DNA of 33,207 nucleotides from a virus (IMGVR_UViG_3300042923_001647:1-33207), one strand, 5' to 3'; positions 1-8,810 are shown, counted from the stretch's first letter. Made by a program: numbers and translations. The notes: generated by a model not told the origin, from the letters alone.

Positions 1-127
1 GCAGTTACTTTATAATAAAATTTTTGTCCATAGTTTAAATTGTAGTCATTCCAATAAAGTGTACCTATTCCTTCTGCTATTTTATTGCTTGGAGCTGGAG
101 TAAAATTTTCAGTAGTTGCCCTATAAA
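1..127. repeat. Terminal direct repeat, copy 1 (assembly overlap of a circular contig)
   Basis: 1-127 (gcagttactt...gttgccctataaa) is identical to 33081-33207. 127 is a common assembler k-mer length. Confidence 0.97.
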
Positions 128-3100
128 TATTAAAGGTTGTGCCTTCAAGAAGCATACTGCTAGCATCGTAGTCCCATCTAAGCAAGGTTGTGTAATTTAT
201 ATTTGGTGTAGCTGTTAGATTCTTAGGTTCCTCCATAAGCTTAACAGTAAACATATGAGTAGATTGCGCAAAAGATGTTGTCCCATCTGGTGATATATAC
301 ATAGTAGTACTGTAGAGCTTATTACCATCAGTATCTACTGCTTCTATATACATTGAATTCTGAATTCCTTCTGGGTAATTTGTTGCATTAAAGCTTAAAC
401 CTTCTCCTGGCACAGTTTCTTCATCTATTAATACATTGTTTATATATAACTTACCTTTAAGACCTGCGGCTCCTCCATTGTTTATCCTCTGGTAGTTAAC
501 ATTTTTAGTTAAGACATTTATTAGGCTTCCGCTTGTTGGTGAATCTATTTGTAGAGTTGGACTATAGCTTATTGAGTTAGACTTTAAAATCTGCATGGAA
601 GCTATTTTGCTGTTTCCAGCTGTATCTGAGGCTACAAGTCGCAAGGTGTAAGTATTCTCTGCAAGACTTGATACATTCCAGCTTGAAAGTATGCCATTAC
701 TAACTGCATTTGTTCCAGAAGCTATTAATGTATAGGAGTTTGGATTTGTACCTACCCCGTATTCTAATCTCCAATCTTTAAAGTGTAAATCACTTACTGT
801 ACCTTTAACGTTTACAATTCCATTTATAGTTTGCTGATTTAAAGGATAGGATAATAAGCTTAGCGGCACTACTGTATCTTTATAATATTTAACACTGCCT
901 GCATATCCATCATTGCCCTGAGCATCTACTCCTCTTATAGAAATTGTATGTTCTCCTTCTGAAAGGGAGCTTGTATAGACAGTATGATAACTGTTTGCAC
1001 TAATATTTCCTGTATTAACCCATGGAGAACCATCTATTGAATATTGTACAGTTGCTAACCCAACATTATCATAAAGGTTTGTCCAATTAACATTAACAGA
1101 AGAAGAATTCGTCCATGAAGGCTTGTCTAGTGTTACTGTACTAGGTGTATTAGGTCTTGTTCTATCACCAGTTTGAATTGCTCCTTGAGATACAGCTTCT
1201 CTTGATGAGTTTCCATTATTATCAATAGCTTGCACCGAAACCGAGTAGCTTGAGCAGTCTGTTAAATTATCAAAGGTTACACTATTTACACTTGGTGCTA
1301 CACTAGCCTCCCTTTGATAAACTCCTGATTTAAAAAGCTTTACTTTATAAGAGTTTAGGCCGCTTGCCAAAGCAGCAGGTAAATCAGAAGTAGGACTCCA
1401 ACTTACTAAAGCTTTCCATGTATTTGCTTGATTGGTCCCTGGAGTATATGATATTGAAATTCCAGGGTTTGAGGGCGTGTTAGGACTTGTGCTGTCTGGC
1501 AGAGTTGGGGTAACACAATTATATCCAATATCACTTTGTTGTCCATATACATTATACGCTGTGACTCTAAAATAGTAGTTATGAGCATTACCATAGCCCC
1601 CATTTGATTTTGCATAGTTGTCAGCTGGATCATTTAATAGTTCTCTGCCGCCACCATCATAATGTAGAGTATATGACTCAAAGCTATGTGGCCAAATTTT
1701 TTTACCATTAGTTGTCCACCAAGTTGTATTACCTACATCATAATATTCATAGTAACTTCCATTAAATACAGCTACTTTATATCCTGCAGCTCCTTCAACT
1801 GCTGGCCAAGATAAGTCAACATAACCTGTACCTGTATTAGCACCACTTGAGTAAGCGCCATAATATAAGGTAGTTATTTTTGGTGAATATGTTACATTAA
1901 GACATGGCTTAATTGAGCCATCCGAAGAATAAAATCTTCTATATCTAGCTGTTTCCGCTGAATCCTTTATTACAAAGCCATAATTTGCTGCACTTCCTTT
2001 ATACCATTCAGAAACAAGTGAGGTTATATCCCAATAGTACCATCTAGGGCTACTAACTGCTACTTGTGATATTACATTCCCATCAAAGCCTGGAGCATTA
2101 TTCCATGTTATAGTACCTGATGACCATGACCCAAGTACTTTATGCAAATTAACATAAGCATTATTTCCATCTGCCACATTAGAATTTGCTCCATATGCAC
2201 TGAATGAAGCTGATACAATTATTCCACCTTCAATATCTGGAAGGCCAGGAAACATAATATATGAACGCACCTTTCCTGTAGTACTGTCATAGCCCGCTCT
2301 AATCTCACTATTATTTCTATAATTAGCAGTAGGATACTTACTTTGAACATATGCATCTGCAGTCACAGTATTTCCTGTAATCGTAGTTGTTGGATCAATG
2401 ATTACGGGATAAACTGTATTTTTATCTTTTAAAAATTTTTCATCTGCTGTTACAACTAATTTATATTTATCTATATTATTATCCTTATCTTTAATACTTT
2501 CAATTTTCATGAAAACATCATCTGAGAAATATCCTTTATCTGAACTGTCATACATGAATGGCTTTTCTATATATCCCTTTTCTTCCTCTGTTTCTTTATC
2601 TTTTAGTATAATTGACCCATTATCCTCCAACTGTGGAATCAAGTTTTTAAGTGTTAATATAAATTCAAAAGAATTTTTTCCTTTATAGGAATTAAGAATT
2701 ATTTCTTCCTTCAATCCACTGTTAGTTGGAGTGTATTTAACAACCGCATCTTCATATATGTTTTCATATTCTATGGAAGCTATACTATCCTCCTCAACAG
2801 TTTTTCCATCATCTAAAGTCTTCTTTTTCTTAACCTCTTTTAGTTTCTTCTCTTTTTTAACATCTTCTTTTACAGGTTTCATTTCAACCTTATATTTATC
2901 TAGTTCAACAGCTATAGGTGATTCACTATCTATATTTTCGTCTAGGGTTACATTTATCTTATTAGATTTATTTTTATATTTTGAACCACTTTTATCCGCC
3001 TTCTCTTCTTTAACTAAAGTATTGTCTATATCTTCAAACTTGTCCCCGTTTTTAAAGTGAATAGGCTTCTCATATACTGATGCAGTATATGTACCATCAC

Positions 3101-3281
3101 TATTCAAAAACACCTTACTATTTTCTGTTCTTTTTTCAACTAACTCTTTTACAACTGTTCTTTCCTTTTTAGGTTTATTTTCTTTAGCTGCTAGTACCTT
3201 AAAATTTGCCGGTATTAACGTAAACATAAATGTAAACGTCAAAGCAATTGGTATTATCTTTTGATATAGCCTGCCTCTCAT
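1..3281 (-). CDS. N-terminal part of giant WapA-like RHS/YD-repeat toxin RHS1 (signal peptide, DNRLRE-like domain, FN3/Ig-like repeats); continues across the junction to 28823, about 2512 aa in total
   Basis: ATG at 3281 after an SD-like GTGAGGA. Translation MRGRLYQKIIPIALTFTFMFTLIPANFKVLAAKENK..KELVEKRTENSKVFLNSDGTYT; WapA-like GYVDLSWPAVEGAAGYKVAVFNG..WTTNGKKIWP. Missing from the ORF track, consistent with being open to the window edge; in frame with 28823..32854 (3281+4258=7539 nt). Confidence 0.92.
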   Translation of the reverse strand, partial: MRGRLYQKIIPIALTFTFMFTLIPANFKVLAAKENKPKKERTVVKELVEKRTENSKVFLNSDGTYTASVYEKPIHFKNGDKFEDIDNTLVKEEKADKSGSKYKNKSNKINVTLDENIDSESPIAVELDKYKVEMKPVKEDVKKEKKLKEVKKKKTLDDGKTVEEDSIASIEYENIYEDAVVKYTPTNSGLKEEIILNSYKGKNSFEFILTLKNLIPQLEDNGSIILKDKETEEEKGYIEKPFMYDSSDKGYFSDDVFMKIESIKDKDNNIDKYKLVVTADEKFLKDKNTVYPVIIDPTTTITGNTVTADAYVQSKYPTANYRNNSEIRAGYDSTTGKVRSYIMFPGLPDIEGGIIVSASFSAYGANSNVADGNNAYVNLHKVLGSWSSGTITWNNAPGFDGNVISQVAVSSPRWYYWDITSLVSEWYKGSAANYGFVIKDSAETARYRRFYSSDGSIKPCLNVTYSPKITTLYYGAYSSGANTGTGYVDLSWPAVEGAAGYKVAVFNGSYYEYYDVGNTTWWTTNGKKIWPHSFESYTLHYDGGGRELLNDPADNYAKSNGGYGNAHNYYFRVTAYNVYGQQSDIGYNCVTPTLPDSTSPNTPSNPGISISYTPGTNQANTWKALVSWSPTSDLPAALASGLNSYKVKLFKSGVYQREASVAPSVNSVTFDNLTDCSSYSVSVQAIDNNGNSSREAVSQGAIQTGDRTRPNTPSTVTLDKPSWTNSSSVNVNWTNLYDNVGLATVQYSIDGSPWVNTGNISANSYHTVYTSSLSEGEHTISIRGVDAQGNDGYAGSVKYYKDTVVPLSLLSYPLNQQTINGIVNVKGTVSDLHFKDWRLEYGVGTNPNSYTLIASGTNAVSNGILSSWNVSSLAENTYTLRLVASDTAGNSKIASMQILKSNSISYSPTLQIDSPTSGSLINVLTKNVNYQRINNGGAAGLKGKLYINNVLIDEETVPGEGLSFNATNYPEGIQNSMYIEAVDTDGNKLYSTTMYISPDGTTSFAQSTHMFTVKLMEEPKNLTATPNINYTTLLRWDYDASSMLLEGTTFNIYRATTENFTPAPSNKIAEGIGTLYWNDYNLNYGQKFYYKVT

Positions 3282-3376
3282 TTTATTCCTCACCCTTATT
3301 TTATTTTAAATATATATCACCTTATAAACCTAAAGTCCCCATCTCCCTTCCTTGGCAATATATACCTAATAATAAA

Positions 3377-3405
3377 ATTATACAAAGCTATATCTTGATA
3401 ATCAA
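3377..3405 (-). promoter_or_regulatory. Sigma-A-like promoter for RHS1
   Basis: TTGATT-17 nt-TATAAT on the minus strand, about 95 nt upstream of the ATG at 3281. Confidence 0.55.
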
Positions 3406-3527
3406 TATTAGTTTTTGAATTTTCTCAATATTGCTAAAATTGATTTTAAACTACTTATCACAATTTATCTAAAGTTCTTCTGCTTAACAGATATTTTTTA
3501 TTTTATTGAATAATCGTGTATATAAGT

Positions 3528-3564
3528 AAAAAACACTTCTGAAATTACTTCAGAAGTATCTTTT
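3528..3564 (-). terminator. Intrinsic terminator after the RinA/ArpU-like gene
   Basis: Stem ACTTCTGAA (3535-3543) / TTCAGAAGT (3549-3557) with a minus-strand U tract. Confidence 0.7.
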
Positions 3565-3601
3565 CATTACTTGCTATTTAATGAAATTGAACATTCCTAT
3601 T

Positions 3602-4018
3602 TTACATATTCCCCAGTGCCTCAATCTTCTCCAGAGCTCTCTTCTCAATTCTCCAGCACTGCTGATAAGATCTATCTATCCTAAAAGAAATAGTATCCCA
3701 TTTATATCCCTTCATATATTTCATTTCTATTACTTCTCTTTCCTTTTCACCTAGTATGCTTAACACATTTTCAATCCTCACGATATCTCTTTCTTTGATT
3801 CTTTTTTCTCTTTCTAGTTTAGCTACTTTATCAGCTATGCTTATAGCTAAATACTCAGTTTGGCTGCTTATTCTATTTGTTTTACCAGTCTTCTCTTCAT
3901 AACTTATTGCAGATGGGCCTATGTTGTCTTCATCCTGAAGTTCTTCAATGTCTAGTTCAATTGCTCTAATCTCTGCCTTTATGTTTCTGTATTCCTTTAG
4001 TTTCTCTACTATTGTCAT
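3602..4018 (-). CDS. Phage late transcriptional activator, RinA/ArpU/DUF1492-like (sigma70 region-4-like HTH)
   Basis: 138 aa; LKEYR..coiled coil..LGEKEREVIEMKY..WDTIS..RSYQQCWRIEKRALEKI; last gene of the early operon; RBS GGGAGG. Confidence 0.85.
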   Translation of the reverse strand: MTIVEKLKEYRNIKAEIRAIELDIEELQDEDNIGPSAISYEEKTGKTNRISSQTEYLAISIADKVAKLEREKRIKERDIVRIENVLSILGEKEREVIEMKYMKGYKWDTISFRIDRSYQQCWRIEKRALEKIEALGNM

Positions 4019-4043
4019 TTTGTTAATCCTCCCTATGTTTTAT

Positions 4044-4099
4044 AAAAAATAAAGACACTATTCCCCCTCATGGAATAGTGCCTCCGTTACTCGGTCAGC
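4044..4099 (-). terminator. Small hairpin plus intrinsic terminator (possible attenuator) upstream of the late activator
   Basis: Minus strand reads GCTGA-CCG AGTAA CGG-A-GGCACTATTCC ATGAGGG GGAATAGTGTC-TTTATTTTTT. Confidence 0.75.
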
Positions 4100-4264
4100 C
4101 TATTTGACTTTCTCTTTATATGAATTTTCAAGCCTTATGGTTAAGTCTCCATTTACATTTTTAATGCCTATCTCAAAGAAATTAATATTACCTATTTTTT
4201 CAACTCCGTCTATAAGTTCATTGATTTTGCTATTTATCTTTGTTTTTATATCTTCCTTCTTCAT
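4100..4264 (-). CDS. Small 54-aa phage protein, possibly XtrA/YqaO- or DUF2292-like; below the ORF-track cutoff
   Basis: RBS GGGGGA, then MKKEDIKTKINSKINELIDGVEKIGNINFFEIGIKNVNGDLTIRLENSYKEKVK*; co-oriented with the operon. Confidence 0.7.
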   Translation of the reverse strand: MKKEDIKTKINSKINELIDGVEKIGNINFFEIGIKNVNGDLTIRLENSYKEKVK

Positions 4265-4309
4265 GCTGTTCCCCCAATATCTTTAAGATGTCATAATTAA
4301 AAATGATAG

Positions 4310-4576
4310 TTATTTTGTGATTAGGTTCTTCTGAAGCAAAGCTTCCTCTAAAGTGTCTACTTCAAGTATTGCGTTATCAACTCTATTATTTAGATTCATC
4401 AAGGAATTCCTGATATCCGTTAACTGCTCTACTGTTAGATCATCTTTTTTTATCGAAAGCTGTTTATTTATCTCCCACTGAGTACTTTTATAAGCCCCTT
4501 TTATATATCCTTGAAGCTGCATAACATAATTGCTATTATTATTTGCATGAATAACTTTTCTTTTTAGTTTGCTCAT
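4310..4576 (-). CDS. Hypothetical phage protein, coiled-coil
   Basis: 88 aa, RBS AAGGAGG, co-oriented with the early operon. Confidence 0.75.
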   Translation of the reverse strand: MSKLKRKVIHANNNSNYVMQLQGYIKGAYKSTQWEINKQLSIKKDDLTVEQLTDIRNSLMNLNNRVDNAILEVDTLEEALLQKNLITK

Positions 4577-4616
4577 ATATCCTCCTTAAATCTTAACACT
4601 GATTGCTCCACGGAAT

Positions 4617-5591
4617 TTAATCATCCCATCCAAGGAGCTTTCTTTCTATTTCACCGAAACTCATACTGCCATCACTGCCATCATAGCTACGCTGGGAATA
4701 GTTATTAAAAGTACTCTTCGTTCCATTGCTGTTATGAGTTATTGGTGTATTATTAAAGTTATAGCAGCCTTCAAGGATTTTTGTATAATGCTTCTCTTGG
4801 AGTATCCAATCAAAATCAGCCTTCCATCCCCTGTCATTATGACCAGTGAGAAACTTGCTGTTTTGTGCTGCTATAAAGATATCTCTTATGCTGTCTAAGC
4901 TTTTTAGTTTATTCCATGCAATTTCAATGGCTCTAAGGCGGCTACTAGGCTTTTTCATAACCTTAGGCAAAGAAATGCAATGGGAATTATAGAGCTCTAT
5001 AATTTCAGCATATGGTACTTTTTTTCTTTTATCATCTTCATTTTCTTTTTTAGTGGAGTCGGGCTCATCATGACCTTTCAGGTCATCCTTATTGTTTTCT
5101 GTTTCTTGTTTAATGTTTTTTGTTTCTTGTTTCTTGTTTATTGTTTCCCCTACCTGCTTAGTAGCCCCTTCTAAGCCCCTTAGAAGCCCCTCGAAAACCA
5201 CTTCGCAGTTGTATCCATGCTCCTTAAAAATGTTAAAAAGCCTGTCTATAAAATCCTTATTTCTTATTTGATGAAGCTCTTTATTCATGCACTTTTGCGT
5301 GTTGATACTATTATTGAAATTATATTTTACCCAGTTTAATATCATAATCTCTTTAGTCTCACTTGAGTACAATATCTTTTCATAGTCAACAAATCTCTTT
5401 AAGAGCTTCTCAACCGTTTCTCTGTTATATCCTGTTTCTGCTTCAATTAACCTTGTAGGTAAGCAATAAACCCCACATTGAGTTGATTTAGAATTAGTCA
5501 TAAGATATATATAAAAATATTTTTCTTCTGGAGTTAAATCCATTACAAAAGTATCCTGCCAGAATGATATTTCAAGTTGTCTATAAGCCAT
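4617..5591 (-). CDS. Phage replication initiator / replisome organizer (DnaD-like, lambda-O-analogous)
   Basis: N-terminal FWQD..LTPEEKYFYIYLMTN..GVY wHTH, low-complexity linker, C-terminal GWKADFDWIL and FNNYSQRSYD tail typical of Firmicutes phage Rep proteins. Confidence 0.85.
   Translation of the reverse strand: MAYRQLEISFWQDTFVMDLTPEEKYFYIYLMTNSKSTQCGVYCLPTRLIEAETGYNRETVEKLLKRFVDYEKILYSSETKEIMILNWVKYNFNNSINTQKCMNKELHQIRNKDFIDRLFNIFKEHGYNCEVVFEGLLRGLEGATKQVGETINKKQETKNIKQETENNKDDLKGHDEPDSTKKENEDDKRKKVPYAEIIELYNSHCISLPKVMKKPSSRLRAIEIAWNKLKSLDSIRDIFIAAQNSKFLTGHNDRGWKADFDWILQEKHYTKILEGCYNFNNTPITHNSNGTKSTFNNYSQRSYDGSDGSMSFGEIERKLLGWDD
5090..5191. repeat. Putative replication origin inside rep: iterons plus AT-rich strand-skewed tract
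   Basis: AGCCCCT at 5163, 5174 and 5185 (11-bp period), next to repeated TGTTTCT/TGTTT units at about 5092-5147. Confidence 0.6.
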
Positions 5592-5660
5592 TTTAACTCC
5601 TCCTTTGATTCCTAAAGATAAGAATAGAGACTATAAGCTCTACCCTTATCTATTGTTTTA

Positions 5661-6368
5661 CTAAGATATTATTTGAATATTTTCTATCTCAACCAGCATA
5701 TCTTCAAGATATTCTTTTACTCTGCCCATGGCATCATTTCTCCATGCTCCACCATCTGCTTCATACAATGCCGCTTGTGGACCACTCTGCATTCTAAATA
5801 TAAACTTAGATTCTGGCTGCCTTATTTCAGGGAAGGTTCTATATGGTGCCAGCGATACTGGATTAGGCACTTTCACATCATTAACCTTGGCTACGCCAGT
5901 CTTAATGGTTACAGCTTGGCTAATACCATCATCACCAACTTCTTTAACTGCTTTATCCTGTATACAGCCAGTTACCTTTAGAAGGATATCCTTGTCCTCG
6001 TTTTGAACAAAGCTTGATTGAAGCATTATATTAAAGCTTTCTGTATCCACAAATCTATTGAAATAGATATTATTAGGAGTAAAAGCTTCGCAGATCATAT
6101 AACATTCTCTTTCGGCATCGCTTCTAAGCTCTGAATATAACGCTACTTTCGTAGGGCTTATAACATGGACTAAAAGCTTTGAAAACTTATCATCTATTCC
6201 TGACTTTATGTAATCTATAAGTGCTGTTAATGTAGTTGTTTTTAGTGCTGCAGGTTCTGGCATCTTTACATGATTAAGCTGCTTAGTTGAATACTGCTGC
6301 CCTTCTATCTCTAATACCTTTATTTGTCCTAAGTTAACTAAATACTCTAAAGCTTCTCTTTCTATCAT
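5661..6368 (-). CDS. Conserved phage early protein (YfdQ/DUF2303-like)
   Basis: 235 aa; PNPVSLAPYRTFPEI.QPESKFIFRM..ALYEADGGAW motif seen in Firmicutes prophage early regions, paired with the next gene. Confidence 0.65.
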   Translation of the reverse strand: MIEREALEYLVNLGQIKVLEIEGQQYSTKQLNHVKMPEPAALKTTTLTALIDYIKSGIDDKFSKLLVHVISPTKVALYSELRSDAERECYMICEAFTPNNIYFNRFVDTESFNIMLQSSFVQNEDKDILLKVTGCIQDKAVKEVGDDGISQAVTIKTGVAKVNDVKVPNPVSLAPYRTFPEIRQPESKFIFRMQSGPQAALYEADGGAWRNDAMGRVKEYLEDMLVEIENIQIIS

Positions 6369-6388
6369 TTTTACATTCCTCCAAATTT

Positions 6389-6769
6389 TTATTTACTGTT
6401 TGCCATTTTTAAATCAATAACATTTTCACCCTTAGGTTCTGGATCATCAATCTCCATTTCTATTTGTCCTGGTATGTTGCTGCCTATCTCAGCCGCTACA
6501 ATCTTTCCTGTAGATAAGTCTTTGTCTATCATTATGTTTGCTTGAGTTGGTAAGAATGGAGCTAGTGTTGTCTTAGCTTGAATGTCTATTTCTGCTACAG
6601 ATCTTTTCTGATTAGGTTTAAAACTTAATGTTAGTGTAAGCTTTCTTACTCTCTTAGCATCTGTATTAGGATCATAGATATTGTTCACCACCTTTTCTAT
6701 TTCAGTATTGATTTGTTCTGCCAATGCTCCTCCTGCAAATGTCTCAAGGTTAATCATCTTCTCCATCAC
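6389..6769 (-). CDS. Conserved phage early protein (often auto-annotated 'replication terminator protein')
   Basis: INLETFAGGALAE..NIYDPNTDAKRVRKLTLTLSFKP motif; strong RBS. Confidence 0.7.
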   Translation of the reverse strand: MMEKMINLETFAGGALAEQINTEIEKVVNNIYDPNTDAKRVRKLTLTLSFKPNQKRSVAEIDIQAKTTLAPFLPTQANIMIDKDLSTGKIVAAEIGSNIPGQIEMEIDDPEPKGENVIDLKMANSK

Positions 6770-6791
6770 TATTCCTCCCTAAATATATTTT

Positions 6792-7031
6792 TTAACTTCT
6801 TAAAAAGTCTTGTATCTCTTTCCTTTGCAATATTGGACAGAAGCCTTCAATATCATTAAGCAGCCTCTCGGCCTTTACAGTTCTTTTCATATAGTAAATA
6901 ACTTCTCTCTTAAGCTGCTCAACCTCAATGGCTTTATCTAGCTCCTGACTTTTATTTATTGTTCTAACATCTGATGTACCAAAGCTCTCAATGTGTTCAT
7001 GTAGCTCTCTTCTTAAGTTTTCTATATCCAT
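6792..7031 (-). CDS. Spo0E-family aspartyl-phosphate phosphatase with a C-terminal extension
   Basis: IENLRRELH...SQELDKAI contains the SQELD signature in a short two-helix protein. Confidence 0.8.
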   Translation of the reverse strand: MDIENLRRELHEHIESFGTSDVRTINKSQELDKAIEVEQLKREVIYYMKRTVKAERLLNDIEGFCPILQRKEIQDFLRS

Positions 7032-7090
7032 AGTCTTATTTCTCCTTAATTCTTTCTAAGTTAATCCAATATGCGTAAATATTTATATAT

Positions 7091-7801
7091 TTATATATTT
7101 ACTACAACCAGAGATAACTGATCATCTGCTTTACCTTCTGAAATTTTATCTGATATACTGAATTTTTCACCATCCTCATAACCTTGATTATAAATTTCGG
7201 TATATCCTTGAAACTCAGTTTGCGTATTTATTGACCTTTCAAATTTTATATTGCTGTGAGCTTCTACAACTTCAGCATCTTTAACAAGAACAAGTCCCCA
7301 TTGTTGATTTTTCTTTTTCTGCTCTTCAAACTTTTCTCTTAAGCCTTTAATAAAGCCAAGAGCATAATCATTCTCAAGTCCTTTCGTGCTGTAACCATGT
7401 TTTGAATATTGATATTTTAGTCTTTTAACAGAACTATTGATGCAGTCAACGGCGTATTCTAAAACTATATTGCATACCGTTACATCTTCTTCTCTTCCAA
7501 AGAAAGCTATTGTATGAGTTCTTCTTGATTTAAAATAGTGATAACATGCAAAGTTATCTGCAATAAGCCTTGATAATTTAGCTTTCCACTTTGCTTTAGT
7601 GAAGGAAACTGAGCTAACTTTCTCTTTAATTGATCTATTATAGGATTTAAACTCTTTTACTTCTTTAAGTGATAACTTGTGCTTTGCTAAAAGTTCCTGT
7701 GCCTTTAACAAAGATAGTTGGGCTTCATTTTCATTACTGCTTTCGCTTAAAGCCAGTAGCTTCTGTACTTTAACGATTATTTTTTCATCCATTCTTCTCA
7801 C
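7091..7801 (-). CDS. DUF2786-domain protein
   Basis: N-terminal KVQKLLALSESSNENEAQLSLLKAQELLAKHKL; C-terminal YNQGYEDG. Likely start at the second Met. Confidence 0.85.
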   Translation of the reverse strand: MRRMDEKIIVKVQKLLALSESSNENEAQLSLLKAQELLAKHKLSLKEVKEFKSYNRSIKEKVSSVSFTKAKWKAKLSRLIADNFACYHYFKSRRTHTIAFFGREEDVTVCNIVLEYAVDCINSSVKRLKYQYSKHGYSTKGLENDYALGFIKGLREKFEEQKKKNQQWGLVLVKDAEVVEAHSNIKFERSINTQTEFQGYTEIYNQGYEDGEKFSISDKISEGKADDQLSLVVVNI

Positions 7802-7807
7802 CTCAAA

Positions 7808-8005
7808 TTAATCAAACTTCAAAGTATCTTCATGGCACGATGGACATTCAGTTATTAATCCACCTTTACCATCGAATTGTACATATCCGCCATCCATGGA
7901 AATTTGAAAAACAGCCTGTCCCATTGTTGTCTTACCCAAATCAAAGCTGCATTCTTTATTTTCACAATATACTGTAGTAATATAATCTGGAAAGCACTCT
8001 CTCAA
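7808..8005 (-). CDS. Small Cys-rich, zinc-ribbon-like protein
   Basis: CENKEC...CPSC; TTG start with RBS GGAGGG. Confidence 0.65.
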   Translation of the reverse strand: MRECFPDYITTVYCENKECSFDLGKTTMGQAVFQISMDGGYVQFDGKGGLITECPSCHEDTLKFD

Positions 8006-8022
8006 TTTAATCCCTCCATTAA

Positions 8023-8118
8023 TTAAAAGTTCTTAGCGCAATATTTTAAGTACTTTTTGCTATCAATTTTAGTATCAGTTTTAGGTTCCTTTATAATTAG
8101 AATTTTCTTTTTTTTCAT
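8023..8118 (-). CDS. 31-aa basic peptide
   Basis: RBS GAAAGGAG, then MKKKKILIIKEPKTDTKIDSKKYLKYCAKNF*. Confidence 0.5.
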   Translation of the reverse strand: MKKKKILIIKEPKTDTKIDSKKYLKYCAKNF

Positions 8119-8228
8119 TGTACTTAGACTCCTTTCATGCTATTATGGAGCTAGAGTATTTTCCTAGGTACTCTAACAAAGCATAACGCTGTTTTCAAAA
8201 TAAGCCCTCTGCAAAGGGTTTATTTTTT
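8118..8228 (+). ncRNA. Candidate ~75-nt antisense small RNA with its promoter and terminator
   Basis: TTGTAC-17-TATTAT with TGn extended -10 (8118-8146), hairpin AGAGTA..TACTCT, terminator TAAGCCCT-ctgca-AGGGTTTA-TTTTTT. Confidence 0.5.
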
Positions 8229-8288
8229 CACTCAATTTTATCTCTGCTGAAAATCTCTCTAGCGAATATTCCATTTAATCACCCTTTC

Positions 8289-8810
8289 TTATCTTTTTAA
8301 ATATCCACGCTCAATAAGTTTTCTTTTATGTTCTTCAAAGAGTTCCTTACTGCTAAAGCCTAATTCATTACACATGACAGCAATATAATGAGCAATACAA
8401 TTAAATGCATCTATAGATTCTAAAATACTCTTTCTAGCAAGTTGCTTTTGCTCTGCTTTCATTAGCTTTGGGTTATCATAAGCCTTAACTTGATTAATAG
8501 CTCTTATGGCTTCACTAAGCTCTTCAATAAGTTTTTCTTTGACAGAAGACCTATGTAAATCCACTCCCTCTCCATCAAGCCACGATACTCCAAAAACCCC
8601 TCCAGTAATTTCGTTTGCTGCCTCCATGTAAAGCCTTGGATCATCAAACTCCTTAGTTAGCTTTTCTAAAAAATCCATACTTGCCTGTCTTTCACCTCTC
8701 TCTATGGCTGAGACTAATTTCCCTGAGCAAAATCCCATGGAACCAACTGCATCTTGTGTAAAATTCTTATTTAGCCTTGCTCCTCTAATGGCTAAACCTA
8801 TATCTGACAT
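8289..8810 (-). CDS. XRE-family HTH regulator with C-terminal helical domain
   Basis: IGLAIRGAR..FTQDAVG..SGKLVSAIERGER. Start moved to ATG 8810 on the basis of the RBS. Confidence 0.85.
   Translation of the reverse strand: MSDIGLAIRGARLNKNFTQDAVGSMGFCSGKLVSAIERGERQASMDFLEKLTKEFDDPRLYMEAANEITGGVFGVSWLDGEGVDLHRSSVKEKLIEELSEAIRAINQVKAYDNPKLMKAEQKQLARKSILESIDAFNCIAHYIAVMCNELGFSSKELFEEHKRKLIERGYLKR

Noticed and set aside
1406-3060. Track ORFs 1406..1633 (-) and 2731..3060 (+)
   Set aside because: Alternate-frame or antisense shadows inside RHS1.
4104-6006. Plus-strand ORFs 4104..4286, 4980..5174, 5673..5981 and 5728..6006
   Set aside because: Antisense to real early genes, with Phe/Ser/Leu-rich shadow composition and no RBS.
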